Of a DNA stretch of 64,000 bases, positions 1 through 8,964 are shown one piece after another; position 1 is the first letter of the stretch, and each line of letters begins with the position of its first letter. The stretch is taken from contig JBBQEI010000006.1 of assembly GCA_038320545.1 (NCBI GenBank), positions 28,187 through 92,186 on the forward strand. The letters are read 5' to 3'. The DNA comes from Bacteroidales bacterium. Its GTDB lineage: Bacteria; Bacteroidota; Bacteroidia; Bacteroidales; JAAUTT01. The notes below the pieces were generated by a model that was not told the DNA's origin, searched no databases, and was given only the letters and a program-made list of their open reading frames with translations. The position numbers and the translations under genes were made by a program.

Positions 1-591
1 CATCAATACACATGAACCTGTCGCTTCGGCAACCCTGCCTTGGTTATTCAATAAAATCATGTCGGAATAATTCCGGGATCTGCCTTCTATTCTGGCCAAT
101 CGTCCAACCTGGTAGTTTGTTGAGGTTTTAATTCTTGCAGGAAGCGATACATCAGAACTTCGTTGCCATGTACTTACTCCAATATCAATAGGTTCGGGAA
201 CAGATTTATCGAGGTGATAAGCTGTTATAACCAAATCGGCTTTTGTGCCTTCACCCCAATGACCTTCAGTAACATACAAAGTTGTACGGGCCCACATATC
301 TTTTCCATTTGCCAAAAGTTTCCCGAACAATTGAAAAACGGCATCTTCATACTGCTCAAAAGTCATGGGAAATGGAATATGCAAGAGTTTTGCCGAACGG
401 ATTAACCGTTTATAATGTTTTTCTAAAAACACTATTCCAAATGAATTATCAATATTCCAATATCCCTTAATGCCTTCGAAAACATTCAATCCACGTGTAA
501 CTGCTTCGCATCCGATGTGTAAAACAGCATCATCCCATGGAGTGATTTTTCCATTCATGTATGCATAATCGGGTTTCTGTAATTTTGTCAT
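1..591 (-). CDS. class IV (branched-chain amino acid type) aminotransferase, N-terminal 197 codons; gene runs off the window start
   Basis: Not in ORF track (no stop inside window). Own reverse-strand translation from ATG 591-589: MTKLQKPDYAYMNGKITPWDDAVLHIGCEAVTRGLNVFEGIKGYW...DMILLNNQGRVAEATGSCVLM, open to base 1. Pattern typical of IlvE/class IV aminotransferases. Confidence 0.7.
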   Translation of the reverse strand, partial: MTKLQKPDYAYMNGKITPWDDAVLHIGCEAVTRGLNVFEGIKGYWNIDNSFGIVFLEKHYKRLIRSAKLLHIPFPMTFEQYEDAVFQLFGKLLANGKDMWARTTLYVTEGHWGEGTKADLVITAYHLDKSVPEPIDIGVSTWQRSSDVSLPARIKTSTNYQVGRLARIEGRSRNYSDMILLNNQGRVAEATGSCVLM

Positions 592-612
592 AATTTTATT
601 TTTAAATTGTTA

Positions 613-1920
613 TCAATTTTCATTTTCTTGTTTTTCAATTAACAATCCTTTTTCTACAAGCAATTCAGTTGCTTTCAGTATTATTCCCGGCTTAATTCCG
701 GATAGCATGGTTATATCTGTTAAAGTATTCTTTCCATCTGAATAATTCAGGACCCACAGAAATGCCAGTTGTAATTGTCTGCTGTCATTTTGGCCACCAA
801 TAGCATCGTATAAACCTCTTTTTCCCAATTGTGGTTCACCTTTAGGGAAAAGGTTTATAAAATATCGTTCAGCTTCAATGTATTGGAATATTTTTTGGAA
901 TACCCCGTAAGAGTCCTCTAATGCTTTTTGGGAAATAAAATCCAGATTATCAGCCGAAGTATGGTATTCCGGATATTGCCCAAAGGGTATTCGACATAGA
1001 TTGCCAACTGGTAAATTGAACCCCGGGGAACAAAATTGACGTTCATCATACCCATAAGGTATAAAATTAAGTATTTCAGTTTGAGGATAATCTGAAAGAA
1101 TGTATTCGACTATGCGGTTAATTCTGGCATCGGTTCTACGCGATTTTTTATAGGTAAAAATGCTGTCGATACCTAGTAACGAGGTAACCATACCATATTT
1201 AATTTTATGAACAGAGTTTTCATTTTTTGCCAACCAGGTAATAGCTCCAATTGTACCGGGAATAAAAATAAACCTGTAAGAATAATACGGTTTTAAAACA
1301 GAGATTTCTTTTGCCAGGTATGTACAAACTGCAATTCCGGTTAAGTTGTCGTTACAGAGCGACGGATGGCATATATGCGTTGAAATAAGCACTTCATCTT
1401 CAATTTGTCCTTTTATATAGTATTCACCATACGTGAGGTTTCCCGGTGATAAATCAGAATCTATCACCACTTCATACTGATCTTCTTTTAACGACAAAAA
1501 TTGGTCATGACTCATGCAAAAGCCCCAGTTTTCATTGTAATACGATGTCCGGTATGGGACAAGGGCAGGTTTTTCAGGAATGGAAAAAAGATGAGGACTT
1601 AGTTCTTTTAGTCCCATCGTTTGATTTATTGGAGTACTATAATTTAGTACATGGAGATTAAGCGTTTTAAAATCAATTATTTTTTCACCCGATGAATTAT
1701 TGATGTAGGCTTCCCGAATATTCCATTCTTTTGGAACTTCCCAATCCAAAACTTTAGTTCCCGATGGAACTTCAATAATTTCAAGGGGAATTATTGTTTT
1801 AAGAGTTTGCAAGGTTTCTCTTACCCCATTTCCTGTTATACTTCTGCAAATGGGAAACAAACCACTTATTAAATCCATCATTTTTTCACCAGGTGATGGC
1901 TCTAAAATATTTTCGAACAT
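613..1920 (-). CDS. DUF4910 / aminopeptidase-like (M28-related) protein with C-terminal winged-helix-like tail
   Basis: 435-aa ORF. The block PICRSITGNGVRETL...EVPSGTKVLDWEVPKEW resembles the DUF4910 family. Co-directional with, and 21 nt upstream of, the aminotransferase gene. Confidence 0.6.
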   Translation of the reverse strand: MFENILEPSPGEKMMDLISGLFPICRSITGNGVRETLQTLKTIIPLEIIEVPSGTKVLDWEVPKEWNIREAYINNSSGEKIIDFKTLNLHVLNYSTPINQTMGLKELSPHLFSIPEKPALVPYRTSYYNENWGFCMSHDQFLSLKEDQYEVVIDSDLSPGNLTYGEYYIKGQIEDEVLISTHICHPSLCNDNLTGIAVCTYLAKEISVLKPYYSYRFIFIPGTIGAITWLAKNENSVHKIKYGMVTSLLGIDSIFTYKKSRRTDARINRIVEYILSDYPQTEILNFIPYGYDERQFCSPGFNLPVGNLCRIPFGQYPEYHTSADNLDFISQKALEDSYGVFQKIFQYIEAERYFINLFPKGEPQLGKRGLYDAIGGQNDSRQLQLAFLWVLNYSDGKNTLTDITMLSGIKPGIILKATELLVEKGLLIEKQENEN

Positions 1921-2253
1921 TGCTTATATTTTATAATTACTTTCTATTAAAAGTGATAAAAGTCTAAAATTCTCCCTTCTTATGGGTTCTTATTTATTGA
2001 TTTGCAATTTCATTTTTAATTTTATTCAGGCGACTTAAAATAAATATCAGGTTTACCAATTTTTCATATTTAGATCATCAAAGCTTAATTCAGTTGGATT
2101 CATAAATAATACTATAAAATAAATATTTTCATTTTATTCAATTTGGAAGAAATTTCAGTGAATTATTGACCTATTTTGAATTTCTTCTCAATAATAAAAC
2201 AACTACTTTTATTTTTTCGAATAATTTATAATTCTATTTTTATTAATGAGGGT

Positions 2254-2261
2254 TAAATTTG
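2254..2261 (+). promoter_or_regulatory. Bacteroidota -7 promoter motif TAAATTTG upstream of ribF
   Basis: Matches TAnnTTTG consensus, 37 nt before ATG 2298, in an AT-rich divergent spacer. Confidence 0.4.
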
Positions 2262-2297
2262 GATGAACGTGACAGGTTTATGGGTAAATAAGCAAAA

Positions 2298-3215
2298 ATG
2301 AATAGAACTAATAATACCGGTGATTCAATAGTTACAGTTGGCGCTTTCGACGGTGTTCATCGCGGGCATCAGGAAATTTTATCTCGATTAATAAAAAAGG
2401 CTGAGGAAATGAATGTTACATCCTTGGTAGTAACTTTCTGGCCTCATCCATCGCATATTATCGGGCATAAACCATTAAGGCTGATCAATACACTGGATGA
2501 AAAAAAGGCATTAATTGAAGCACATGGAGTTGAAAAAGTAGTTGTACTTCCTTTTACTCACGAATTTGCAAAAATAAATTCTCTTTCATTTATCAGGGAT
2601 TATCTGATCGACCAATTTAAAATGAAATATTTTCTTTTGGGTTATAATCATCATTTTGGAAGCGATCGCCAGGGAGATTTTAATGTGATAAAAGAATACG
2701 GTATGCACTATGGTTTTGATGTGGAAAAAGCTGTACCAGTGGAAATAAACGGGGAAAAAATAAGTTCTACAAAAATCAGGCATGCTATTTCAGAAGGAAA
2801 TATTGAACTGGCGAATCTTTATTTAGGATATAATTATTTTATTACGGGAATTGTTGTAGAGGGGCAAATGCTGGGTCGCACTATTGGTTTTCCAACAGCA
2901 AATGTGAATATTCAGGAGGAGCATAAGCTATTGCCCAAGGATGGGGTGTATGCTGTTAAAGTGGAAATATCCGGCAAAATCTATTCAGGAATGTTGAACA
3001 TTGGGCATAGACCAACTGTTAATAAAGAAAAAAATTTGAAAACAATTGAAGTTCATATTCTTGATTTTAATGAAGATATTTATAATCAAAATATTAAGGT
3101 AAGTTTTTTTTCTCGCATCAGAGATGAAACAAAGTTTGCCGGTATTGAAATTCTTAAGGAACAACTAATGAATGATATGTTGCGGACAAGGCAATATTTC
3201 AGTTCAGTTTTTTAA
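2298..3215 (+). CDS. ribF: bifunctional riboflavin kinase / FMN adenylyltransferase
   Basis: 305 aa. N-terminal VTVGAFDGVHRGHQ nucleotidyltransferase block and C-terminal GRTIGFPTANV...PKDGVYAV riboflavin-kinase block. Confidence 0.95.
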   Translation: MNRTNNTGDSIVTVGAFDGVHRGHQEILSRLIKKAEEMNVTSLVVTFWPHPSHIIGHKPLRLINTLDEKKALIEAHGVEKVVVLPFTHEFAKINSLSFIRDYLIDQFKMKYFLLGYNHHFGSDRQGDFNVIKEYGMHYGFDVEKAVPVEINGEKISSTKIRHAISEGNIELANLYLGYNYFITGIVVEGQMLGRTIGFPTANVNIQEEHKLLPKDGVYAVKVEISGKIYSGMLNIGHRPTVNKEKNLKTIEVHILDFNEDIYNQNIKVSFFSRIRDETKFAGIEILKEQLMNDMLRTRQYFSSVF

Positions 3216-3243
3216 AAATCAATTTAATATATATTTTTAATTT

Positions 3244-3390
3244 AATGTCGTTAAGTTAAGATGTAGGCTTCGATTCCGCTCAGCCTGACGAAACTGGTAT
3301 TAGTGTCACACTGAGCGGAGTCGAAGTGTTATGATTGTCACACTGAGCGGAGTCGAAGTGAATTATTCAATTCCTAAACTAAACGACATT
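3244..3390. repeat. GC-rich palindromic repeat element, copy 1 (module set I)
   Basis: Forward arm GCTTCGATTCCGCTCAGCCTGAC (3267-3289) faces two reverse arms GTCACACTGAGCGGAGTCGAAGTG (3305-3328, 3337-3360). Outer inverted pair AATGTCGTTAAGTTAAG / CTAAACTAAACGACATT. Related copies at 4912, 35994, 50520 and 63799. Confidence 0.85.
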
Positions 3391-3445
3391 GATTTTTAAT
3401 TTAAAAGATTTAGGGAGTTTCAAACCTTTTTTAAAATCAAAATCA

Positions 3446-3453
3446 TAATTTTG
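3446..3453 (+). promoter_or_regulatory. -7 promoter motif TAATTTTG upstream of ahcY
   Basis: TAnnTTTG match 24 nt before ATG 3477. Confidence 0.45.
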
Positions 3454-3476
3454 CAAATCATTTTTAAAACAGAATA

Positions 3477-4898
3477 ATGGCGTCGTTAAAACTTGAAGAA
3501 ACACTGTCGTACAAAGTCAGAAACATTGAAGAGGCTGAATTTGGCAGAAAAGAAATAGAAATAGCTGAAAAGGAAATGCCAGGTTTAATGGCTATCCGTA
3601 AAAAATACTCTGCGGCAAAACCTTTGAAAGGTGCCAGAATAATGGGTTCATTGCACATGACCATTCAAACTGCGGTTTTAATTGAAACTTTGGTTGAACT
3701 GGGCGCTGATGTACGTTGGGCCAGTTGTAATATCTTTTCAACCCAGGATCATGCTGCTGCTGCAATTGCAAAAGCTGGTATTCCTGTATTTGCATGGAAA
3801 GGCGAATCTTTGGAAGAATACTGGTGGTGTACCCTCCAGGCGCTTTCGTTCCCCGGTGGAAAAGGGCCAAACCTTATTGTTGACGATGGTGGAGATGCTA
3901 CCCTTTTAATCCATTTAGGTTATAAAGCCGAAAATGATGCTTCAGTTTTAGATAAAGTTGCCGGAAATAAAGAGGAAGGTATTATTCTCGATTTATTGAA
4001 GCAAACCCTGAAAGATGATCAGGGAAAATGGCATCGTTTCGTTGCAGAACTTAAGGGTGTTTCGGAAGAGACTACCACAGGCGTTCATCGTCTGTATCAA
4101 ATGAAGGAAAAAGGCGAATTACTTTTTCCTGCCATCAATGTTAACGATTCGGTTACAAAATCGAAATTCGATAATCTTTATGGTTGCCGCGAGAGTCTAG
4201 CCGATGGTATCAAACGTGCTACCGATGTGATGATTGCCGGAAAAGTAGTTGTTGTGCTTGGTTATGGCGATGTTGGAAAAGGTTGTGCTCATTCCATGCG
4301 GACTTACGGTGCCCGTGTTTTGGTTACCGAAATCGATCCTATTTGCGCACTTCAGGCTGCAATGGAAGGATTTGAAGTTACTACCATCGAAGATGCCCTT
4401 CGCGAAGGGAACATCTATGTTACTACAACTGGTAACTGCGATGTGATTACCATTGATCACATGTCGAAAATGAAAGATCAGGCAATTGTATGTAATATTG
4501 GTCATTTCGATAATGAAATTCAGGTTGATAAACTGGAAACATTCCCAGGCATAAAGAGAGTAAATATTAAACCTCAGGTGGATAAATATATTTTCCCTGC
4601 CGGTAATGCTTTATACCTTTTGGCTGAAGGCCGGCTGGTAAACCTTGGTTGTGCAACAGGTCATCCATCGTTTGTAATGAGTAATTCATTTACCAATCAA
4701 AGCCTTGCTCAGTTGGATTTGTGGCAAAATAAATATGAGATTGACGTTTATCGTCTTTCGAAAAGGCTCGACGAAGAAGTGGCAAGGTTACACCTCGAAC
4801 AATTAGGAGTTAAGCTTACTAAACTTACTAAATTTCAGGCTGAATATATCGGGGTCAATCCGGAAGGACCTTATAAACCGGAGCATTACCGGTATTAA
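3477..4898 (+). CDS. ahcY: adenosylhomocysteinase
   Basis: 473 aa. Highly conserved SAHH blocks ([29 protein letters not shown]-binding, [11 protein letters not shown]-terminal [10 protein letters not shown]). Confidence 0.97.
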   Translation: MASLKLEETLSYKVRNIEEAEFGRKEIEIAEKEMPGLMAIRKKYSAAKPLKGARIMGSLHMTIQTAVLIETLVELGADVRWASCNIFSTQDHAAAAIAKAGIPVFAWKGESLEEYWWCTLQALSFPGGKGPNLIVDDGGDATLLIHLGYKAENDASVLDKVAGNKEEGIILDLLKQTLKDDQGKWHRFVAELKGVSEETTTGVHRLYQMKEKGELLFPAINVNDSVTKSKFDNLYGCRESLADGIKRATDVMIAGKVVVVLGYGDVGKGCAHSMRTYGARVLVTEIDPICALQAAMEGFEVTTIEDALREGNIYVTTTGNCDVITIDHMSKMKDQAIVCNIGHFDNEIQVDKLETFPGIKRVNIKPQVDKYIFPAGNALYLLAEGRLVNLGCATGHPSFVMSNSFTNQSLAQLDLWQNKYEIDVYRLSKRLDEEVARLHLEQLGVKLTKLTKFQAEYIGVNPEGPYKPEHYRY

Positions 4899-4911
4899 TA
4901 TTAAAAAAGTA

Positions 4912-5026
4912 GTCTCAAAAGTTAAAAAGGCTTCAACTACGCTCAGCCTGACGCTTGAAAGTCAATTGTTTTGTCTTATTGAGTGTCATACTGAACGAAG
5001 GCGAAGTACTAAATATGGCAGCCTCT
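4912..5026. repeat. GC-rich palindromic repeat element, copy 2 (module set II)
   Basis: GTCTCAAAAGTTAAAAAGGCTTCAACTACGCTCAGCCTGACGCTTGAAAGTCAATTG...GTCATACTGAACGAAGGCGAAGTACTAAATATGGCAGCCTCTTT. About 80 % identical by eye to the reverse complement of 50520-50652. Fills the convergent spacer up to the stop of the 5027 ORF. Confidence 0.8.
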
Positions 5027-5449
5027 TTAATTTGAAATAAACAACCGGTGATCGTTTAAGTAAGTTTGATATTGTTTAAGAGGGAGCCTGGCAGGTCCTT
5101 TACTAACAATAGCACCATCGGCAGTGAAAATATAAGTCGATCCGCACTTCGGACAAACAGCCACCACTCCGTTATCTTCTGCAACAACAGCACTGGTGTC
5201 GTTGGGATAATTGGTACATGTTCTTTCAAAAGCATAAAATTCAGAGATACTATTCCGATAAATTATAACTCCCATAAAACCGCCGTTTTTCGGACTTATT
5301 ATTGTACTTCCAACTCCTAAACCGGCGAGGTCAGTATTTAAATCCAGGCTTATGTTTATCTGGGTATATGGGATTACCTGATGGATATCGTCGCAGTTAA
5401 TGAGTACGATAAAAGAAATGAAAAAAATTAGTATCTTTGATTTCAACAT
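5027..5449 (-). CDS. small lipoprotein with Rieske-like Cys spacing (hypothetical)
   Basis: 140 aa. Signal peptide ending LINC (lipobox-like). CTN...(17 aa)...CPKCGSTY resembles Rieske boxes CxH / CPxHGS but with both His replaced. Confidence 0.6.
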   Translation of the reverse strand: MLKSKILIFFISFIVLINCDDIHQVIPYTQINISLDLNTDLAGLGVGSTIISPKNGGFMGVIIYRNSISEFYAFERTCTNYPNDTSAVVAEDNGVVAVCPKCGSTYIFTADGAIVSKGPARLPLKQYQTYLNDHRLFISN

Positions 5450-5509
5450 GATATTTCAATATGCAAATATAGGTATCAAAAGGAATTAAACTGAAAATAT
5501 TGTTTACCA

Positions 5510-5812
5510 ATGAATGTTTTTAGTAAAGTTATATTGTTATTGCTTTTGATTATTGCTTCAGTGAGTTTTTCAACAACTGTAGCACAATCGAAAAAGGTGA
5601 GGAAATCAGAAGCCAGAGCCGAAGAGCAAAAGGAAAAACAAAAAAAGGCTTACTTACTTTCGCAGGGAAAAGATAAAAAAAGGCGTTTTCATATGCAAAC
5701 CCCTGAAACTAAGAAAAGAATGAAAGAAACAAAAAGGGATGCAAGAAAGTTAAATGATCAAAATCATCAGCCTTTTCTAAAAAAGATATTTCATCGTAAA
5801 AAAAAGAAATAA
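5510..5812 (+). CDS. hypothetical Lys-rich secreted protein
   Basis: 100 aa. N-terminal signal-like helix, then a highly basic K/R/E-rich sequence. Its stop overlaps the next ATG (TAATG). Confidence 0.45.
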   Translation: MNVFSKVILLLLLIIASVSFSTTVAQSKKVRKSEARAEEQKEKQKKAYLLSQGKDKKRRFHMQTPETKKRMKETKRDARKLNDQNHQPFLKKIFHRKKKK

Positions 5813-6321
5813 TGAATGTAGATTCAGGAAGTTGGATATATATACTTTTAAGTATAGTTTTTTTGGTACTTAGCGCTATTGGGAACAAGAACAAAAAAAA
5901 GGCATCAACCTCCACTCAGCCTATTGACGAGGATTATGAGCCAGGTAACGCTCCGGCAGAAAAACATTGGCCAAAAAGCTTTGAAGATGTGTTGAATGAA
6001 GTTCTTGATATTCCTAAGCAAAAGGAAGTGATTATTGAAAAGCCATATTCTCCCCCAATAGAAGTCAGGGAAGTTCGTGAAAAAAATATATATGAACGGT
6101 ATGAAAATGAGGCACAATCATTAGAAACTATCGAAGCCGAAGTTTTCTCTTACGAAACTCCTGTTGAGGATAAAACTCCAGCTAAGCCAATATACCAAAA
6201 AATGGAAGTTCCAAAAGAAATAGAAAAGGAAGAGGAATTGGCAGTTACATTAAGCGATAGTGATTTTGATTTAAGACAAGGTATTATTTACACTGAAATT
6301 TTAAACCGAAAATATTTTTGA
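5812..6321 (+). CDS. hypothetical membrane-anchored acidic protein
   Basis: 169 aa. One N-terminal TM helix (WIYILLSIVFLVLSAIG), then an E/P-rich region. Translationally coupled to the preceding ORF. Confidence 0.5.
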   Translation: MNVDSGSWIYILLSIVFLVLSAIGNKNKKKASTSTQPIDEDYEPGNAPAEKHWPKSFEDVLNEVLDIPKQKEVIIEKPYSPPIEVREVREKNIYERYENEAQSLETIEAEVFSYETPVEDKTPAKPIYQKMEVPKEIEKEEELAVTLSDSDFDLRQGIIYTEILNRKYF

Positions 6322-6427
6322 TTGTTTAATTTTGTAAATTGTTTTATTAATATAAAATAAAGGTTGTATTGGCAGGGTTTATCATATGTTTTATAACTAT
6401 TTGATTCAAACCCAATAAGAAAAATTA

Positions 6428-6435
6428 TATATTTG
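6428..6435 (+). promoter_or_regulatory. -7 promoter motif TATATTTG upstream of greA
   Basis: TAnnTTTG match 72 nt before ATG 6507. It lies upstream of, and partly argues against, the GTG 6441 start in the ORF track. Confidence 0.35.
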
Positions 6436-6506
6436 AACTTGTGAAAGGGTTCCGATCTATTCGGGATTCTTTTTGTTTTTTAATTAACATTCAAAGGAGG
6501 TTTTTA

Positions 6507-6977
6507 ATGGCTAATGTTTCATATTTAACTGAAGAAGGGTTAAAAAAGCTTAAGACCGATCTGGAAAATTTAACCAGTGAGCGGCCAAATATTGCTCTTC
6601 AATTGGCAGAAGCTCGTGACAAAGGCGATCTTTCGGAAAACGCTGAATATGATGCTGCCAAAGATGCCCAGGCTATGCTTGAAGCCAAGATCATGAAACT
6701 TGAAGATATTATTGCAAATTCAAGATTAATTGATGTTTCAAGAATCGATACGGATAAAGTACAGATTTTAAATCGGGTAAAGATTAAAAATCTGAAAACT
6801 AATTCTACCATGGAATATTTTCTGGTTTCTGAATCTGAAGCCAATCTTAAGGAAGGTAAGCTCTCAGTAAATACTCCTATTGCCAAAGGTTTAATAGGAA
6901 AAAAACCTGGCGATGTTGTTGAGATTACCGTACCATCCGGTAAAATGTCGTTTCAAATAATGGAAATATCAAGGTAA
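6507..6977 (+). CDS. greA: transcription elongation factor GreA
   Basis: Start moved from GTG 6441 to ATG 6507 (MANVSYLTEEGLKKLK..., AGGAGG-like GGAGG 8 nt upstream). 156 aa, with the conserved ARDKGDLSENAEYDAAK block. Confidence 0.93.
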   Translation: MANVSYLTEEGLKKLKTDLENLTSERPNIALQLAEARDKGDLSENAEYDAAKDAQAMLEAKIMKLEDIIANSRLIDVSRIDTDKVQILNRVKIKNLKTNSTMEYFLVSESEANLKEGKLSVNTPIAKGLIGKKPGDVVEITVPSGKMSFQIMEISR

Positions 6978-6983
6978 TTCCTT

Positions 6984-7376
6984 ATGGCATCAATTTTTTC
7001 ACGGATAATTAATGGAGAAATCCCCTGTTACAAAATAGCAGAAGATGAGAATTATTTTGCCTTTTTAGATATTAATCCCCTAAAAGCTGGTCATACTCTG
7101 GTTGTTCCAAAGCATGAAACAGATTACATTTTTGATATGGATGATCAAAAATTAGGTGGAATGATGGTTTTTGCCAAAAAAGTAGCAAAGGCAATTGAAA
7201 AAAGTGTGCCTTGTAAAAGAATTGGAATTGCCGTATTAGGTTTGGAAGTCCCGCATGCCCATATACATCTGGTTCCTATCAATGGTGGAAATGATATTGA
7301 TTTTTCCAAACCCAAATTAAAATTTTCAAAAGAAGAGTTTGAGGATCTGGCACAAAAAATAATCTCTAACCTCTAG
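6984..7376 (+). CDS. HIT family (histidine triad) protein
   Basis: 130 aa. IFSRIINGEIP N-terminus and histidine triad VPHAHIHLVP. Confidence 0.92.
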   Translation: MASIFSRIINGEIPCYKIAEDENYFAFLDINPLKAGHTLVVPKHETDYIFDMDDQKLGGMMVFAKKVAKAIEKSVPCKRIGIAVLGLEVPHAHIHLVPINGGNDIDFSKPKLKFSKEEFEDLAQKIISNL

Positions 7377-7921
7377 CGAATCCTTCCGGGGTTATTGCTT
7401 ATAAAATCTTTCCAGCTTTTAGCACCAGAATTTGCATTTTCAACTTTATTTTGAAAAAAGTGGCAAAGAGCTGCTGCCAAACCATCAGTTGCATCCAGGT
7501 TTTCAGGGATTTCACTTAACCCAAGCATCTTCTGAAGCATAAAAGCAACTTGTTCTTTACTGGCATTTCCTTGGCCGGTAATAGACATTTTAATTTTGCG
7601 GGGTGCATATTCAAAAATAGGAATTGCATGGGATAATGCCGCTGCAATAGCTGTTCCCTGCGCTCTTCCCAATTTTAGCATCGATTGTATATTTTTACCA
7701 TAAAATGGTGCCTCGATTGCCAGTTCATCAGGATTGTATTTTTCTATCAAACAATTGGTTTGCTCGAAAATCATTTTAAGTTTAACAAAATGATCATCAA
7801 TTTTCTGAAGATCAATAATTCCTAATGTCACTACCGAGGGTTTACGGTTTTCAACTTTGATCACACCATATCCCATGATACTTGTTCCCGGATCAATACC
7901 AAGTATAATTCTTTCGCTCAC
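7373..7921 (-). CDS. ruvC: crossover junction endodeoxyribonuclease RuvC
   Basis: 182 aa. ILGIDPGTSIMGYGV catalytic N-terminus and the typical DATDGLAAALCH block. Confidence 0.95.
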   Translation of the reverse strand: MSERIILGIDPGTSIMGYGVIKVENRKPSVVTLGIIDLQKIDDHFVKLKMIFEQTNCLIEKYNPDELAIEAPFYGKNIQSMLKLGRAQGTAIAAALSHAIPIFEYAPRKIKMSITGQGNASKEQVAFMLQKMLGLSEIPENLDATDGLAAALCHFFQNKVENANSGAKSWKDFISNNPGRIR

Positions 7922-7922
7922 T

Positions 7923-8810
7923 TTACAGTTTGTTAAATTTTCTGATTTTACTCAGCACCACACCCGCAATTATAAGTATTAATCCAATATAGGTGGTGAA
8001 ATAAATGTATTCCTTTAAAATTAAATTGATAAATATTAAAGAAATAAACGGAGAAAAATATACAAGATGACTAACTTTTCCTGAATCCTTGCTAAGCTTT
8101 AATGCTTTAAGCCAAAGTATAAAGGTAAAACCCATTTCAAAAATGCCAATATAAATTGACGCCCAAATTCCTTTGGCTGGTATGTTATCAAATCCATTTA
8201 CAAGAAACATCAATATTGTAATGTAAATTCCTGCAAACAGAAAATTTAGAAAAAGTCCTGTTTCTTCATATTTTTCGCGCGATGCATTTAACAACCAATA
8301 CGTAGCCCAAATCAGGGAACTTCCTGTTGAAAACAGAACACCAACCGGGTTTTGAATGGTAGTGAAGCTAAAGTTTCCTTGAAATGAAATGGTTAAGACC
8401 CCGATAAAACTAACAACAATTCCCAAAATGGCTTGAAGGGTTATTTTTTGTTTTAGAAAAAGCATGGATAAAAGTACCAGAATCAGTGGCCAGGTATAAT
8501 TAAGCGGTTGAGCAATTTGAGCCGGAAGTAAAGTATATGCCTTGAATAATACCAGATAATATAGAAAGGGATTCAATAAACCAAAAAGAGCACTTTTTAA
8601 TATGAAGTTTTTATTGAGAAGCTTAATTTCATAAAGTTTTTTTTGGATTAACAAATAGAAAAACAAAATGAATACCGATGTATAACACGATAATGCCAAT
8701 AACTGAATAGTGGAGATAATTTGTAATCCAATTTTGAACGCAACAGCTACAGTGGACCAGCATAATATGGCAGCGATAGCAAATAAATAAGCTTTGCTCT
8801 GATTTTTCAA
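7923..8810 (-). CDS. DMT superfamily (EamA-like) transporter
   Basis: 295 aa, about 10 hydrophobic helices in two EamA-like halves. Confidence 0.8.
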   Translation of the reverse strand: MKNQSKAYLFAIAAILCWSTVAVAFKIGLQIISTIQLLALSCYTSVFILFFYLLIQKKLYEIKLLNKNFILKSALFGLLNPFLYYLVLFKAYTLLPAQIAQPLNYTWPLILVLLSMLFLKQKITLQAILGIVVSFIGVLTISFQGNFSFTTIQNPVGVLFSTGSSLIWATYWLLNASREKYEETGLFLNFLFAGIYITILMFLVNGFDNIPAKGIWASIYIGIFEMGFTFILWLKALKLSKDSGKVSHLVYFSPFISLIFINLILKEYIYFTTYIGLILIIAGVVLSKIRKFNKL

Positions 8811-8928
8811 TTAAAGGGGTTTTTATTGTGGGTCAAAAATATTCAAAAACAAGTTACAATAAACTTATATTTTCGAAAATAAGCTATTATCAGCTTTGAT
8901 CGTGTTCAATATTTTATTCCTTTATAAT

Positions 8929-8936
8929 TATCTTTG
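8929..8936 (+). promoter_or_regulatory. -7 promoter motif TATCTTTG
   Basis: TAnnTTTG match 29 nt before GTG 8965. Confidence 0.45.
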
Positions 8937-8964
8937 CAAGTTATAAATTTTAAATATTTAGCTT

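Noticed and set aside
3216-3476. SAH riboswitch upstream of ahcY and FMN riboswitch upstream of ribF.
   Set aside because: The ahcY upstream region is occupied by the palindromic repeat and a promoter motif. The ribF upstream region is plain AT-rich sequence. No conserved riboswitch cores are visible.
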